Below, piece by piece: positions 27,697 to 37,693 of a DNA stretch of 64,000 bases. Position numbers and translations under genes: made by a program. The DNA comes from an uncultured delta proteobacterium (GTDB lineage: Bacteria; Myxococcota_A; Polyangia; Polyangiales; Polyangiaceae): the NCBI GenBank assembly GCA_963782055.1, contig CAWAIF010000003.1, positions 3,136,001 to 3,200,000 of the forward strand, read 5' to 3'. The notes beneath the pieces were generated by a model. That model was not told where the DNA came from, did no database searches, and saw nothing but the letters and a program-made list of their open reading frames with translations. Each line of letters begins with the position of its first letter. Within the stretch, counting starts at the first letter, position 1.

Positions 27697-28728
27697 TCAG
27701 TCGTCGTGCCGGATGCACCGGACGACGCCGACGGGGTCCTCCGCGCAGATCCAGTCGGAGCCGCCGAAGACCGCGCGCGCCGGGCCGGCGCCGGGGACGG
27801 GGACGAGCTTCCACGAGTGGTCCAGTCCGCAGAGCAGCTGCCCGGCGCGGTCGACGGCGCACGGCACGTCGCCGGGCGGCGGGCTCGAGCCCGGCGCGGC
27901 CGCGTCGGGGGTCATCTGCACCACGCCGGTGGCCACCTGCGTGACGGGCCCGGCGAGCTTCCGCGTCGCGAGGAGGCGGCCGTCGCGGGTGAGCACCCAG
28001 AGCGCCTCGTCGCTCTTCCAGATGCGCGCGGCGTCCTTCACGCCCGCGACGGGCTGCGGCGTGGCGGCGACGTCGTGGTCCACGCAGGCGACGCCGCCGC
28101 CGCGCTCGCGATAGCAGGAGCGCGTGGCGTACCAGCTGCTCGCCGCCTGCACCGCGTCGTGCACCGCGCGGACCTTCGCCCAGCCCGGCGACGCGTAGCC
28201 GATGGCGTCCCGGTTGGTGGTGACCGAGAGGGTGCCGTCGCGGTGGGAGGCCGCGTGGAGGCCCAGGCTGGTGAGGTCGGCGAGTCGCGGCGGCCCCTGC
28301 GTCGCCTTGTCGGCGGGCGGCACGTTGCAGACGAGGGCGCCGCCGTCACCCACCCCGCAGAGGAAGGTGAAGCCCCAGATGGCGCTGGGGGAGGTGATGG
28401 GCGTGGTCGCGAGGGGGCCGAGGCCGACGGACGCGTCGAGGCAGCGGACGCCGGCGGCGGTCGTCGCGCAGAGCGACGTGGTGGCCGAGAAGACGTCGCG
28501 CGCGCCCCGGAAGGTGTCGACCGGCTTCCACGCGGCGTCCCAGCGCGCCGCGGGCGGCGCGGGCGGCCGCGGCTCCCGCGCGCTGGCGGGCGCGGCCGGC
28601 GGGTGCGCCGCCGCCAGGCTCGGGGTCTGCGCGGGCGCGGGCGCACCAGCCCCCGCACCGCCGCAGGCCGCGAAGGCAACGAGGGGCGCGAGGAGCGGGC
28701 CGAGCGTGTCGTGGAGGCGCATGACCAT
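27697..28728 (-). CDS. hypothetical Cys-containing lipoprotein
   Basis: Lipobox FAAC, Pro/Ala linker, repeated short Cys-containing beta units. Confidence 0.6.
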   Translation of the reverse strand: MVMRLHDTLGPLLAPLVAFAACGGAGAGAPAPAQTPSLAAAHPPAAPASAREPRPPAPPAARWDAAWKPVDTFRGARDVFSATTSLCATTAAGVRCLDASVGLGPLATTPITSPSAIWGFTFLCGVGDGGALVCNVPPADKATQGPPRLADLTSLGLHAASHRDGTLSVTTNRDAIGYASPGWAKVRAVHDAVQAASSWYATRSCYRERGGGVACVDHDVAATPQPVAGVKDAARIWKSDEALWVLTRDGRLLATRKLAGPVTQVATGVVQMTPDAAAPGSSPPPGDVPCAVDRAGQLLCGLDHSWKLVPVPGAGPARAVFGGSDWICAEDPVGVVRCIRHDD

Positions 28729-28774
28729 GCGGCGTAGCCGTGCGCCCGAAACGCGTCAACGCGGTGGGAGTAAC

Positions 28775-29239
28775 ATGGCGCGCATGCCCCATCCCGTCGC
28801 GAAGACGTCCGCCGCCGGCAAGCCGCTGCTGACCAGGCTCCGTCGCATCTGTCTGGCCCTGCCCGGCGCGGCGGAGAGCCTCAACCACGGCCGCCCGTGC
28901 TTCACCGTCAAGGAGAAGACCTTCGTCATGTTCATGGACAACCACCACGGCGACGGGCGCATCGCGCTCTGGTGCAAGGCGCCGCCGGGGGATCAGGCCG
29001 ACATGGTGGAGACCGACCCGTCGCGCTTCTTCGTGCCGCCATACGTCGGCCCGCGCGGGTGGGTGGGCGTGCGGCTGGACGGCGGGGTCGACTGGAAGCT
29101 GGTGACGGACATCGTGGAGGAGGCGCACCGCATGACCGGCGCGAAGCGACCCGTCGCCACGCCGGAGGCGAGGGCCGCCACGCCGCGGCCGAAGGCAACT
29201 GCCCGTCGTCCGTCCGCGCGATCGCGGCGCGCGCGCTGA
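28775..29239 (+). CDS. MmcQ/YjbR family DNA-binding protein
   Basis: LRRICLALPGA, HGRPCF, NHHGDGR, RFFVPPYVGPRGWVGVRLD. Confidence 0.88.
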   Translation: MARMPHPVAKTSAAGKPLLTRLRRICLALPGAAESLNHGRPCFTVKEKTFVMFMDNHHGDGRIALWCKAPPGDQADMVETDPSRFFVPPYVGPRGWVGVRLDGGVDWKLVTDIVEEAHRMTGAKRPVATPEARAATPRPKATARRPSARSRRAR

Positions 29240-29281
29240 GGTGCCGGCGTCCCGCGCCACGCGCGAATGGCGAGGGCGGCG

Positions 29282-29686
29282 TCAGGTCAGGCGCAGCACG
29301 ATCCCGTGCCGCGGATCGCGCTGCGGCTCCGGCGCGGGCAGCCCGCGCAGCGCCTCCCACAGGATGGCGCGCGACCGCTCGTCCATCTCGCAGAACTCGA
29401 TCCCCAGCGCGCGACCGCGATCGCCCGGCCGGCGTCCGTGCACGACCCGCGCGACCACCGCCGCGGCGTCGACCCACTTGTTGGTGCTGGGCGGGCGGAA
29501 GGCGACCACCACCTCCTCGCCGGTCAGGACCTTCTCGCGTGTCGAGATCAGCATCCCGTCGGTGGACAGATCCAGCGCGAGATCGCCGATGACACGGAAG
29601 TCGTGCTCCCGCACGACCTGGCAGTCGAGCCGCACGAAGCGGCGGAAGGCCCTCCGGGGCCGCGGGCGGGAGAGAATGGCGCTCAT
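29282..29686 (-). CDS. PilZ domain protein
   Basis: RRAFR (RxxxR), DLSTDG (DxSxxG), GIEF. Confidence 0.85.
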   Translation of the reverse strand: MSAILSRPRPRRAFRRFVRLDCQVVREHDFRVIGDLALDLSTDGMLISTREKVLTGEEVVVAFRPPSTNKWVDAAAVVARVVHGRRPGDRGRALGIEFCEMDERSRAILWEALRGLPAPEPQRDPRHGIVLRLT

Positions 29687-29723
29687 GGCGAGAGCGTATC
29701 CATGAGGCGTCGCGTGGCCCAGT

Positions 29724-31343
29724 TTACGGCGAGCCGTCGTCGCCCTGATCGTCCTCGTCGAGCGGAACGTCCGCCTCGTCCGGCGTGATGAGGACGCTGA
29801 TCTGCCCGTCCGCGCCGCGCGTCAGGATGGGGGCGAACACGCCCACCGGCTCCCGCGTCCAGTAGCGGCCTGTCGCGCGCAGGATGGCGGGCGTCGTCAT
29901 GTGGTACTGCCAGAGCACCGCGCGCACGTAGCGCGGCGGGCGCCCGTGGAAGGGGTCGTACGCGAAGAGGGCGAGCACGTCGGGGGAGCCCTCCAGCAGC
30001 CGCTGCTCCACGCCGACGACCCAGGCGTTCCGTGTCCACGGCTCGAGCGAGGCGAACCACAGGTTCCACTCGAAGCGCGGCTGGTACGGCGCGAAGATCC
30101 CCGGCGCCGCGTCCAGACGCTGCGGCTTGTAGCGGAAGGGGTACGGGGTCCAGCGCGCGTCGTCGTCGGAGCCCTCGAAGGCGATCTCGTAGCGCGCGGG
30201 GGTCATGGTGGCGAAGAGGCCGTAGCGGTTGGCGACGCGCAGCGGCTCCAGCAGCGCGGCGGGGGCGTCCAGCGCGCGGATGGGCTCCGGCGCGCCGGCG
30301 AAGGCGAAGGTGGCGATGGTGGCGTAAAACAGCCACGAGAGCGCCACCGCGGAGACCCACGCGCGCCACCGCGGGGGCGGTCGCGGCGTGGCGGCGCGCC
30401 GCGCGCGCCTCGCGAACGGCAGCCCGATCCGCGCCAGGTGGCCGTCGTCCAGCAGCAGCACGCCGAGCAAGAGCACCAGGTAGTTGAGGAAGCAGTAGTT
30501 GGAGGTGGCGATGATCCCCACCTGCAGCGCGGAGAGCACCCCGAACACCCACGGCCGCACCCTGCGCGGGCCGAACATCAGCCACACGAAGGGCAGCTCG
30601 ACGAAGAGGGTGAGCGCCGCCGTCGCCGCGTGGAAGCCGTGCGGGAGCTGCTGCGCCCACCAGCCGATCCACGTCGGGAGCGGGCCGTTCTCGTAGTAGT
30701 GGTCCATCGCGGTGAAGTTGCGCCACGTCGGATCACCGCTCGCCAGCTTGGCCACCCCCGACTCGAAGTAGATACGGAAGCACTCCCATAAGAGGAGGAA
30801 GCGCGCCGCGCGGCTGGGCGGCCGGTCTGCGGCCAGGCCGGGGAAGAGCCCCGCGGGGAAGAAGAAGAGCCCGATGGCCGTCGCCTCGAGGAGCATCCCG
30901 TCGGACTGGTAGGAGGAGAACTCCTGCGCCGCGGTGACGAAGGAGACGAAGAGCACCCCGCACACGAGCAGGCTGGCGCGCGGCGCGACGCCCAGCAGCA
31001 GGGTGAGCGACGCGACGAGCCCGAGGACGACGAGCGCGGACAGCGCGGCGTCGGAGGAGTCGATCCACAGCAGGGAGGGCACGTACCAGAAGCGCGCGAG
31101 CGGGTGCGCGTGGCGGACGTAGGGCAGGAGCTGCGCGACAGGCAGGATGCCGCGCGCGCCGATGAGCCCGTGGATCTGGTAGGCGAGGGAGTAGAAGACG
31201 GAGAAGTAGATCGCGCCCATCGCGCGCCCGAGGATCCAGCGCGCTCCCAGGAACCCGGGCGTACGCGCGTCGGGCATGAAGAGCGCGTCGAAGAGCTTGC
31301 GCCGGTCCTCGGGGTCGGACAGGTCCACGCGCTCATCATGCAC
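29724..31343 (-). CDS. lipase maturation factor family protein
   Basis: GLIGARGILP, YQSDGMLLE, SGVAKL..GDPTW, HYYENGPLP, YGLFA, APYQPRFEWNLWF; start uncertain. Confidence 0.88.
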   Translation of the reverse strand: MHDERVDLSDPEDRRKLFDALFMPDARTPGFLGARWILGRAMGAIYFSVFYSLAYQIHGLIGARGILPVAQLLPYVRHAHPLARFWYVPSLLWIDSSDAALSALVVLGLVASLTLLLGVAPRASLLVCGVLFVSFVTAAQEFSSYQSDGMLLEATAIGLFFFPAGLFPGLAADRPPSRAARFLLLWECFRIYFESGVAKLASGDPTWRNFTAMDHYYENGPLPTWIGWWAQQLPHGFHAATAALTLFVELPFVWLMFGPRRVRPWVFGVLSALQVGIIATSNYCFLNYLVLLLGVLLLDDGHLARIGLPFARRARRAATPRPPPRWRAWVSAVALSWLFYATIATFAFAGAPEPIRALDAPAALLEPLRVANRYGLFATMTPARYEIAFEGSDDDARWTPYPFRYKPQRLDAAPGIFAPYQPRFEWNLWFASLEPWTRNAWVVGVEQRLLEGSPDVLALFAYDPFHGRPPRYVRAVLWQYHMTTPAILRATGRYWTREPVGVFAPILTRGADGQISVLITPDEADVPLDEDDQGDDGSP

Positions 31344-31383
31344 GAAGCGAGCGCGCCCGGAGACGTGCTAGATCCGCGAGGTC

Positions 31384-33048
31384 ATGAGCGACTACGCCAA
31401 GCTGCGCGCGGAGTGGGAGGAGAAGGTGCGGGGGCCGCTGGAGAAGAAGGCGAAGCCCCGCGAGCGCATCGGCACGCTCGCCGGCAAGGCGGACGCGGCG
31501 CCCCTCTACGGGCCGGACGATCTGGAGGCCCTCGGCTTCGATCCCGCGCGCGATCTGGGCGTGCCCGGCAAGCCGCCCTTCACCCGCGGGGTGCAGCCCA
31601 ACATGTACCGCGGCCGCCTCTGGACGATGCGCCAGTACGCCGGCTTCGGCACCGCGAAGGAGTCCAACGAGCGCTACCACTACCTGCTCGAGCAAGGCCA
31701 GACGGGCCTGAGCGTCGCCTTCGACCTGCCCACGCAGATGGGGCGCGACTCCGACGATGCGCTCGCCGCCGGCGAGGTGGGCCGCGTCGGCGTCGCCATC
31801 GACTCCCTGGAGGACATGCGCGTGCTCCTGCGCGGCCTGCCCCTCGGCAAGATCTCCACCTCCATGACCATCAACGCGACCGCCGCGGTCCTGCTCTGCC
31901 TCTACATCGCGGTGGCGGAGGAGAACGGGGTCTCGCGCGACAGGCTCGCCGGCACCATCCAGAACGACATCCTGAAGGAGTACATGGCGCGCGGGACGTA
32001 CGTCTTCCCGCCGCGGCCGTCGCTGCGCCTCATCACCGACATCTTCGCCTTCGCGGCGAAGGAGGTGCCGCGGTGGAACACCATCTCCATCAGCGGCTAC
32101 CACATCCGCGAGGCCGGCTGCGACGCGGTGCAGGAGGTCGCCTTCACCCTCGCCGACGGCATGGCCTACGTGAAGGCGGCCCTCGACGCCGGCCTGGACG
32201 TGGATGGTTTCGCCGGGCAGCTGTCCTTCTTCTTCAACGTCCACAACAACGTGCTCGAGGAGGTGGCGAAGTTCCGCGCGGCGCGCCGCATGTGGAGCCG
32301 CATCATGCAGGAGCGCTTCGGGGCGAAGACCGACCGCGCCCGCGCCCTGCGCTTCCACTGCCAGACCGCCGGGATGACCCTCACCGCGCAGCAGCCGCTC
32401 AACAACGTGGTGCGCGTCACGCTGCAGGCCCTCGCCGCGGTGCTGGGCGGCTGCCAGTCGCTGCACACCAACAGCTACGACGAGGCCCTCGGCCTGCCGA
32501 CGACCGAGGCGGTGACGGTCGCCCTGCGCACGCAGCAGATCCTCGCCCACGAGTCGGGCGTGGCGGACTTCGTCGACGGCCTGGGCGGCAGCTACGCCAT
32601 CGAGGCGCTCACCGATCGCATCGAGAAGGAGGCGGAGCGCTACCTCGCCCGCATCGACGAGCTGGGCGGCATGGTCGACGCCATCGAGCAGGGCTACCCG
32701 CAGCGGGAGATCCAGAACACCGCCTACGGCTACCAGCTGGAGGTGGAGAAGAAGCAGCGCGTCGTGGTCGGGCAGAACGCCTTCGTGCAGGACTCCCCGC
32801 CCATCCCGGTGATGCGCGTCGACCCGCGCATCGAGCAGGAGCAGAAGGAGCGCGTCGGCGCGGTGCGGGCGAAGCGCGACGCGACGAGGCACTCCGAGTC
32901 CCTCGCGCGGATCGAGGCGGCGGCCAGGACGAAGGACAACCTCCTGCCACTCATCCTGGATGCGGTGAAGGCTTACGCGACGGTCGGGGAGATCAGCAAC
33001 GTGCTGCGCGGGGTGTGGGGGGAGCACCAGGAGACCCTCGTCCTCTGA
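31384..33048 (+). CDS. methylmalonyl-CoA mutase, catalytic (N-terminal) subunit
   Basis: [43 protein letters not shown]; no B12-binding domain (split type). Confidence 0.93.
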   Translation: MSDYAKLRAEWEEKVRGPLEKKAKPRERIGTLAGKADAAPLYGPDDLEALGFDPARDLGVPGKPPFTRGVQPNMYRGRLWTMRQYAGFGTAKESNERYHYLLEQGQTGLSVAFDLPTQMGRDSDDALAAGEVGRVGVAIDSLEDMRVLLRGLPLGKISTSMTINATAAVLLCLYIAVAEENGVSRDRLAGTIQNDILKEYMARGTYVFPPRPSLRLITDIFAFAAKEVPRWNTISISGYHIREAGCDAVQEVAFTLADGMAYVKAALDAGLDVDGFAGQLSFFFNVHNNVLEEVAKFRAARRMWSRIMQERFGAKTDRARALRFHCQTAGMTLTAQQPLNNVVRVTLQALAAVLGGCQSLHTNSYDEALGLPTTEAVTVALRTQQILAHESGVADFVDGLGGSYAIEALTDRIEKEAERYLARIDELGGMVDAIEQGYPQREIQNTAYGYQLEVEKKQRVVVGQNAFVQDSPPIPVMRVDPRIEQEQKERVGAVRAKRDATRHSESLARIEAAARTKDNLLPLILDAVKAYATVGEISNVLRGVWGEHQETLVL

Positions 33049-33262
33049 GGCCGTCGTGCCAGCGTGATGGCGATGGAGGGTTGCCACCATCGGGCCGACG
33101 CTCGCGCAGCGCCACGATGCCATCCCGAAGCGGGCGGTTCTCCCGTCCAGGGATCGGACCGGCGCGTCCTCTCGTCGTTCCGGACGCCGCCCCTCGCCCG
33201 ACAAGGACGAAGGGAGAACACGTGCCCCCTTCTCGCTCGGTCGCGCATAGGATTTCCCCATG

Positions 33263-35299
33263 GTGCGCCGTGAAGAAGCAGGTCGTCCGTCGGGCATGCC
33301 CGACGAACGACCTGCCTCAAGCTGCGCTTCTCCAGCGGGTGAGAGTCCCGCACCGGTAAGCGTCGGAGCGCCGGGTAGCAGGCCCCAGCCGAGCGGGAGA
33401 GATCCCGTCGGCCGAGCGGGGCGTCGAAAGGGTCCACGGACCGAGCGAGCACGCGGGCCGCAACATGAAGTGAAGCTTGCAGCCTCGTCAGATCTACAAA
33501 CCGGGAGCCGAGCCGATCATGTCGCGGCGAAGGCAATATCGGCGGCGCCAGATCCGAAACGCGCCGTCGGTCCCGGCGGGGTAGGGAGCGCAGCACGCGT
33601 GCAAGGAGGAGTGCGGAACTCGGGAGGCCCGTCTGCGTCGCCCTCGTCGGGGCAAGGCGCGTCGTATAAGCCAGAGGCGAAGTCGGCCGCTGCGCAGCGG
33701 GAGTCCGAGGGGGTCACTGTACCGAAGAGCGAGGCGCGAGCTTCGCGAACGAACGCCGTGAAGAACAACGCGGCAGGAGGGAAAGACCCCTGCAGTGGTC
33801 GTGTCGGCGGAGCAGGTAAGCGCGAGGGCATGGCCGGCGAGACCGGTCCCAACCACCCCCATCGGCGACAGCCCATGGACAAAGTGCGACAACTGCAACG
33901 CCGGCTGTGTGCCGCGGCCAAGCGGCATCCGGAGCGCCGATTCCACGCGCTGTATGACCGCATCGCGAGGCGTGACGTCCTCGCGGAAGCGTGGAAGCGG
34001 GTAAGGAGGAACAAGGGAGCCGCGGGCGTCGATGCCCAGACGATCGCGGCGCTCGAGGTGTACGGAGTGGATCGACTCCTCGGAGAGATCCATGACGTGC
34101 TCCGTGCAGGCAGGTACCGGCCGGCAGCGGTGCTGCGCCGGTACATCCCGAAGGCCGATGGGAAGAAGCGGCCGCTTGGGATCCCGACGGTCCGAGACCG
34201 GGTGGTGCAGATGGCGACGAAGCTCGTGCTGGAGCCGATCTTCGAGGCGAGCTTTCGCTCGTGCTCGTACGGCTTCCGTATCGGGCGGAGCGCGACGGAC
34301 GCCCTGGAGACGCTGAGGAAGCTCGGCGCGAAGGGGTACAACCACGTGCTCGACGCCGACATCCGTGACTACTTCGGGAGCATCGATCACGACAAGCTGA
34401 TGAAGCTCGTCGAGCGGCGCATCTCGGACCGGAGGGTGCTCAAGCTGCTGCGGCAGTGGCTCACGGCGGGGGTGATGGACGAAGGCACGGTGACCAACCC
34501 CTCCAGCGGCACGCCGCAGGGCGGGGTGATCTCGCCGCTGCTCTCGAACATCTACCTCGCCGTGCTCGACGACGTGTGGACGAAGCGGTGCGCGCATCTT
34601 GGCGAGCTGGTTCGTTATGCGGACGACTTCGTCGTGATGTGCAGGACGAAGCGTGACGTCGACGAGGCCGAGCTTCGCGTGAAGCACGTGATGACGCGAC
34701 TCGGGCTCGAGCTGCACCCGGACAAGACGAGGAAGCTGGACCTCTCCTGGGGTAAGAAGGGGTTCGACTTCCTCGGCTGCCACCTGCGGAAACGCTTGAG
34801 CGGGTCCATCTGGGAGAGGTCGCGCAAACGCGTGTACTTCCTCCAGCGCTGGCCATCGGCTCGCGCGATGAAGCGGATCCGGCAGCGCGTGAGGGACCTC
34901 ACCCCGCGATCACGCTGCCACGCGGACCTGCGCGACGTCGTCGCGCAGCTCAACCCCGTGCTGCGTGGCTGGGGCGAGTACTTTCGCACCGGGAACGCCG
35001 ACGTGAAGTTCAACCGACTCGACGAGTACGTGTACGAACGGCTTCGAGCGCTGCGCCTGAAACGGGCCGGCTCGAAGCTCAAGGCCGGACAAGCCGAGCG
35101 CTGGACCCGCGACTACTTCGTCGAAGGCTTCGGGCTCCACCGCCTGCGCGGGACCATCCGCTACCCGGAGGCCGCGTAATGCCGCGTCACGAGAGACCAC
35201 CGGTAAGCCGTGTGCGGGAAATCCGCACGCACGGTTTGAGAGGGGGTCTTGACTCCAACCGCCGCCGTAGGGCGGCCAAGGTGTAAGGATCTACCAATG
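33263..35299 (+). mobile_element. group II intron
   Basis: 5' GTGCG at 33263; domain V AAGCCGTGTGCGGGAAATCCGCACGCACGGTTT (~35205-35237); domain VI ending GGATCTACCAAT(G); internal RT ORF. The 3' end is 35298 or 35299. Confidence 0.93.
33830..35179 (+). CDS. ltrA: group II intron reverse transcriptase/maturase (no endonuclease domain)
   Basis: GAAGVD, RPLGIPTVRDR, SYGFR, GTPQGGVISPLLSNIYL, RYADD, FDFLG, LNPVLRGWGEYF; alternative starts at 33875 or 33260. Confidence 0.95.
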   Translation: MAGETGPNHPHRRQPMDKVRQLQRRLCAAAKRHPERRFHALYDRIARRDVLAEAWKRVRRNKGAAGVDAQTIAALEVYGVDRLLGEIHDVLRAGRYRPAAVLRRYIPKADGKKRPLGIPTVRDRVVQMATKLVLEPIFEASFRSCSYGFRIGRSATDALETLRKLGAKGYNHVLDADIRDYFGSIDHDKLMKLVERRISDRRVLKLLRQWLTAGVMDEGTVTNPSSGTPQGGVISPLLSNIYLAVLDDVWTKRCAHLGELVRYADDFVVMCRTKRDVDEAELRVKHVMTRLGLELHPDKTRKLDLSWGKKGFDFLGCHLRKRLSGSIWERSRKRVYFLQRWPSARAMKRIRQRVRDLTPRSRCHADLRDVVAQLNPVLRGWGEYFRTGNADVKFNRLDEYVYERLRALRLKRAGSKLKAGQAERWTRDYFVEGFGLHRLRGTIRYPEAA

Positions 35300-35896
35300 C
35301 ACCTCGATGAAGAGCTGCGAGGGCTGCTGCGTGGGAACTGGACGTTCGAGACCGCGCCGCCTGCGCTGCTCGCCCTCGGGCCACCGGCGCTGGACCGCCT
35401 TCTCGACGCGCCCTCCAGCGTCTTCTTTCCGACGGACACCGAATGGCGCGACTACGGCATGTACCGGCAGCACGCGGTCGCCGCCTTCGCGAAGCGCGAC
35501 CTGGACAGTGTGCTCGCGGCGATGAAGAAGCGGAAGTGGACGGACGCCGCCATCGGGCTCTCGGGCGTCGGCCTCGTGCGTGACGCTCGCGTCGTCCCGC
35601 TGCTCGTACGTCTGGTGGCCGACCCCGAGCCCATGCGCCGACAAGAGGCTGTCGAGCTCCTCGGCGGCCAGCGCGATCCGGACGCGACCGCCGCGGTTCT
35701 TCGCGCGCTGCGAGACCGTTCGTCCAACGTTCGACGCGCGGCGGTACACGCGCTCGGCGAGATTGGGGATCCGACAACGGTGGACGCGCTGGAGGAGGCC
35801 GCCCGCCGCTGGGCCAAGTCGCCGCTCATCGAAGCGGAGGTCGCTGCGACCCTCCGCAAGGTTCGCGACGCGGATCGACCCGCCGGGACCTCGTGA
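35297..35896 (+). CDS. HEAT repeat protein (intron host gene)
   Basis: DPEPMRRQEAVELLG, DRSSNVRRAAVHALGEIG; ATG lies at the intron 3' boundary. Confidence 0.8.
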   Translation: MHLDEELRGLLRGNWTFETAPPALLALGPPALDRLLDAPSSVFFPTDTEWRDYGMYRQHAVAAFAKRDLDSVLAAMKKRKWTDAAIGLSGVGLVRDARVVPLLVRLVADPEPMRRQEAVELLGGQRDPDATAAVLRALRDRSSNVRRAAVHALGEIGDPTTVDALEEAARRWAKSPLIEAEVAATLRKVRDADRPAGTS

Positions 35897-35952
35897 GATG
35901 GCGCGCGCTTCGTGAGGCGCCCGGGGGCGGCTGATGCTTGGGAGGACGCCGC

Positions 35953-37287
35953 CTACTTCTTCTTCACGATCCTCGCCAGCGCGTCCCCCGCGCCCTTCGC
36001 CAGCACCTCCATCCGCTTCGTCCCCAGCGCCGTGTCGCCCAGCTCGTCCGCCAGCAGGATGAGCGCGGGATGCATGTTCACCCGCACCGACGTCACCCCC
36101 ACGTCGCGCGTCGCGCCGTGCATGAACTGGACGACCGGCTCGTGCGCCTCCGTCCGGAAGAGCGGCCCCAGGTAGGTGATCCCCGACGCCGCCGACGCGA
36201 AGACGCTCGGCAAGCTCGTCGGCACCGTCAGCTTGCGCCACGCGCGCGCGTCACCGAACTCCGAGTTGCACGACCAGCCGACGAAGGCGTCGCGCTTGAC
36301 CGCGAGCACCGCCACCCGCCGCGCCACCACGCGCACCCCGGACATGAGCAGCGCCACGATCGCGTCGCGGTCGTTGGCCTCGTGCATCGCGGCGAGCACC
36401 GGCGCGGGGTCGGGGAAGGGCGGCATCGGCGCGTGCGACGCGATGGGCGGCGACGACAGCACCGGGTAGCGCATCGACGGGGGCGCGGTGGGCCGCCGCG
36501 ACACCGAGGTCGACTGGCGCAGCGCGAACACCGGCTCCGCGTCGCGCTGCGTGTCGGGCGGCGGCACCTGCGAGTCGCGCGGTCCGGGCAGGACGCTGGG
36601 CGGGCGTGCCGGGCGCACCTCCCGCACCGAAGGCGGGAGCGCCGCGGACGGCGGCGGCGCGGTGGGCAGCAACGAGCGCCGCATCAGGGGGATGGGCATG
36701 TCGGCCCCGCCCACGTGCGGCGGGGAGGAGGGCGAGACCGTGACGATGGGCGTCCCCCACAGCGGCGTTCGCACGCGCTCTCCCCCGGGGCGCTCGGCGC
36801 CGCGCATCCAGATCGGCGCGGCCAGCGACTGCGCGTTCTGCGAGGGGGGTGGCGCCTGCGTCGCCTGGTGCTCGTCGATCGCGCGCAATGCCGCGCGCAT
36901 CGCGCCGATGGTGGTGCGGATGAGGTGCACCTCCGCCCGCAGGACGTGGGCCACCTCCCGCGCCGGGTGCGGATCGCGCGCGTCGACGACGGCGAGGTCC
37001 ACCGCGCCGCTGTGGGCGTCCCGGCCCAGCGGGATCGCCAGGAGCTGCTTGCATAGACCCCGCGGCAGCTGATCGACCAGGTCGTAGGCGGGCCGCACCT
37101 CCACCAGCGCGGGCAGCTCGCCGCGGCCGAGCTCCGCCTCCAGGTGCGGCTCGTCCATCGCGCTGGTGAGCAGCAGCGCCTGCACCAGCGGGATGTGCTG
37201 CGTCACGCTCACGTACAGCGCGCGCGCCACGGCCTTCTCGCGGACCGCGTCGGACAGGAGCAAGCTGCGACCGAGCTCGACGCTCAC
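35953..37287 (-). CDS. GspE/PilB N-terminal-domain protein with Pro-rich linker
   Basis: ELGRSLL, LPRGLCKQLLAIP, LAVVDARD resemble the T2SSE N-terminal domain; no ATPase motifs. Confidence 0.6.
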   Translation of the reverse strand: MSVELGRSLLLSDAVREKAVARALYVSVTQHIPLVQALLLTSAMDEPHLEAELGRGELPALVEVRPAYDLVDQLPRGLCKQLLAIPLGRDAHSGAVDLAVVDARDPHPAREVAHVLRAEVHLIRTTIGAMRAALRAIDEHQATQAPPPSQNAQSLAAPIWMRGAERPGGERVRTPLWGTPIVTVSPSSPPHVGGADMPIPLMRRSLLPTAPPPSAALPPSVREVRPARPPSVLPGPRDSQVPPPDTQRDAEPVFALRQSTSVSRRPTAPPSMRYPVLSSPPIASHAPMPPFPDPAPVLAAMHEANDRDAIVALLMSGVRVVARRVAVLAVKRDAFVGWSCNSEFGDARAWRKLTVPTSLPSVFASAASGITYLGPLFRTEAHEPVVQFMHGATRDVGVTSVRVNMHPALILLADELGDTALGTKRMEVLAKGAGDALARIVKKK

Positions 37288-37297
37288 CGGCTCGAAT

Positions 37298-37615
37298 CTA
37301 CATGGACTCGGCGCCCTTCGAGGGGGGGAATTGGAAGACCACCTCGCTGGTGCGCACCATGCCTAGCTGATCGCGTGCGATGGCCTCGACGGCGGTCGGG
37401 TCGTCGCGGAGGCGCTGCACCTCGCTGCGCAGGTCCCCGATGTTGCGCTCCAGCTCGCGGTTCTCCCCGTTGACCTGGTCCAGCTCGCGCTGCAGCCCCC
37501 GCATGCGCGGCAAGCCCTGCGGCTCCATGATCATCGCCGGCACCGCCAGCGCAGCCACGGCGAGAATTCCTGCGGGGAGGGCCCGCTCCAGAAAGACGGT
37601 CAGACGCGACGCCAC
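37298..37615 (-). CDS. ftsB: septum formation initiator FtsB/DivIC
   Basis: TM helix, coiled coil, DPTAVEAIARDQLGMVRTSEVVF. Confidence 0.85.
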   Translation of the reverse strand: MASRLTVFLERALPAGILAVAALAVPAMIMEPQGLPRMRGLQRELDQVNGENRELERNIGDLRSEVQRLRDDPTAVEAIARDQLGMVRTSEVVFQFPPSKGAESM

Positions 37616-37693
37616 GGCCCGAAGCGTACGCGGCAGGTCGCGGTCCGGCCCACTTTCCGGGCACGACGCGCTGGTGCTACAACCTGCCGGGCC

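Noticed and set aside
33830..35179. Retron, DGR or CRISPR-associated RT
   Set aside because: A maturase domain and flanking ribozyme ends (GTGCG, domains V and VI) identify it as a group II intron RT.
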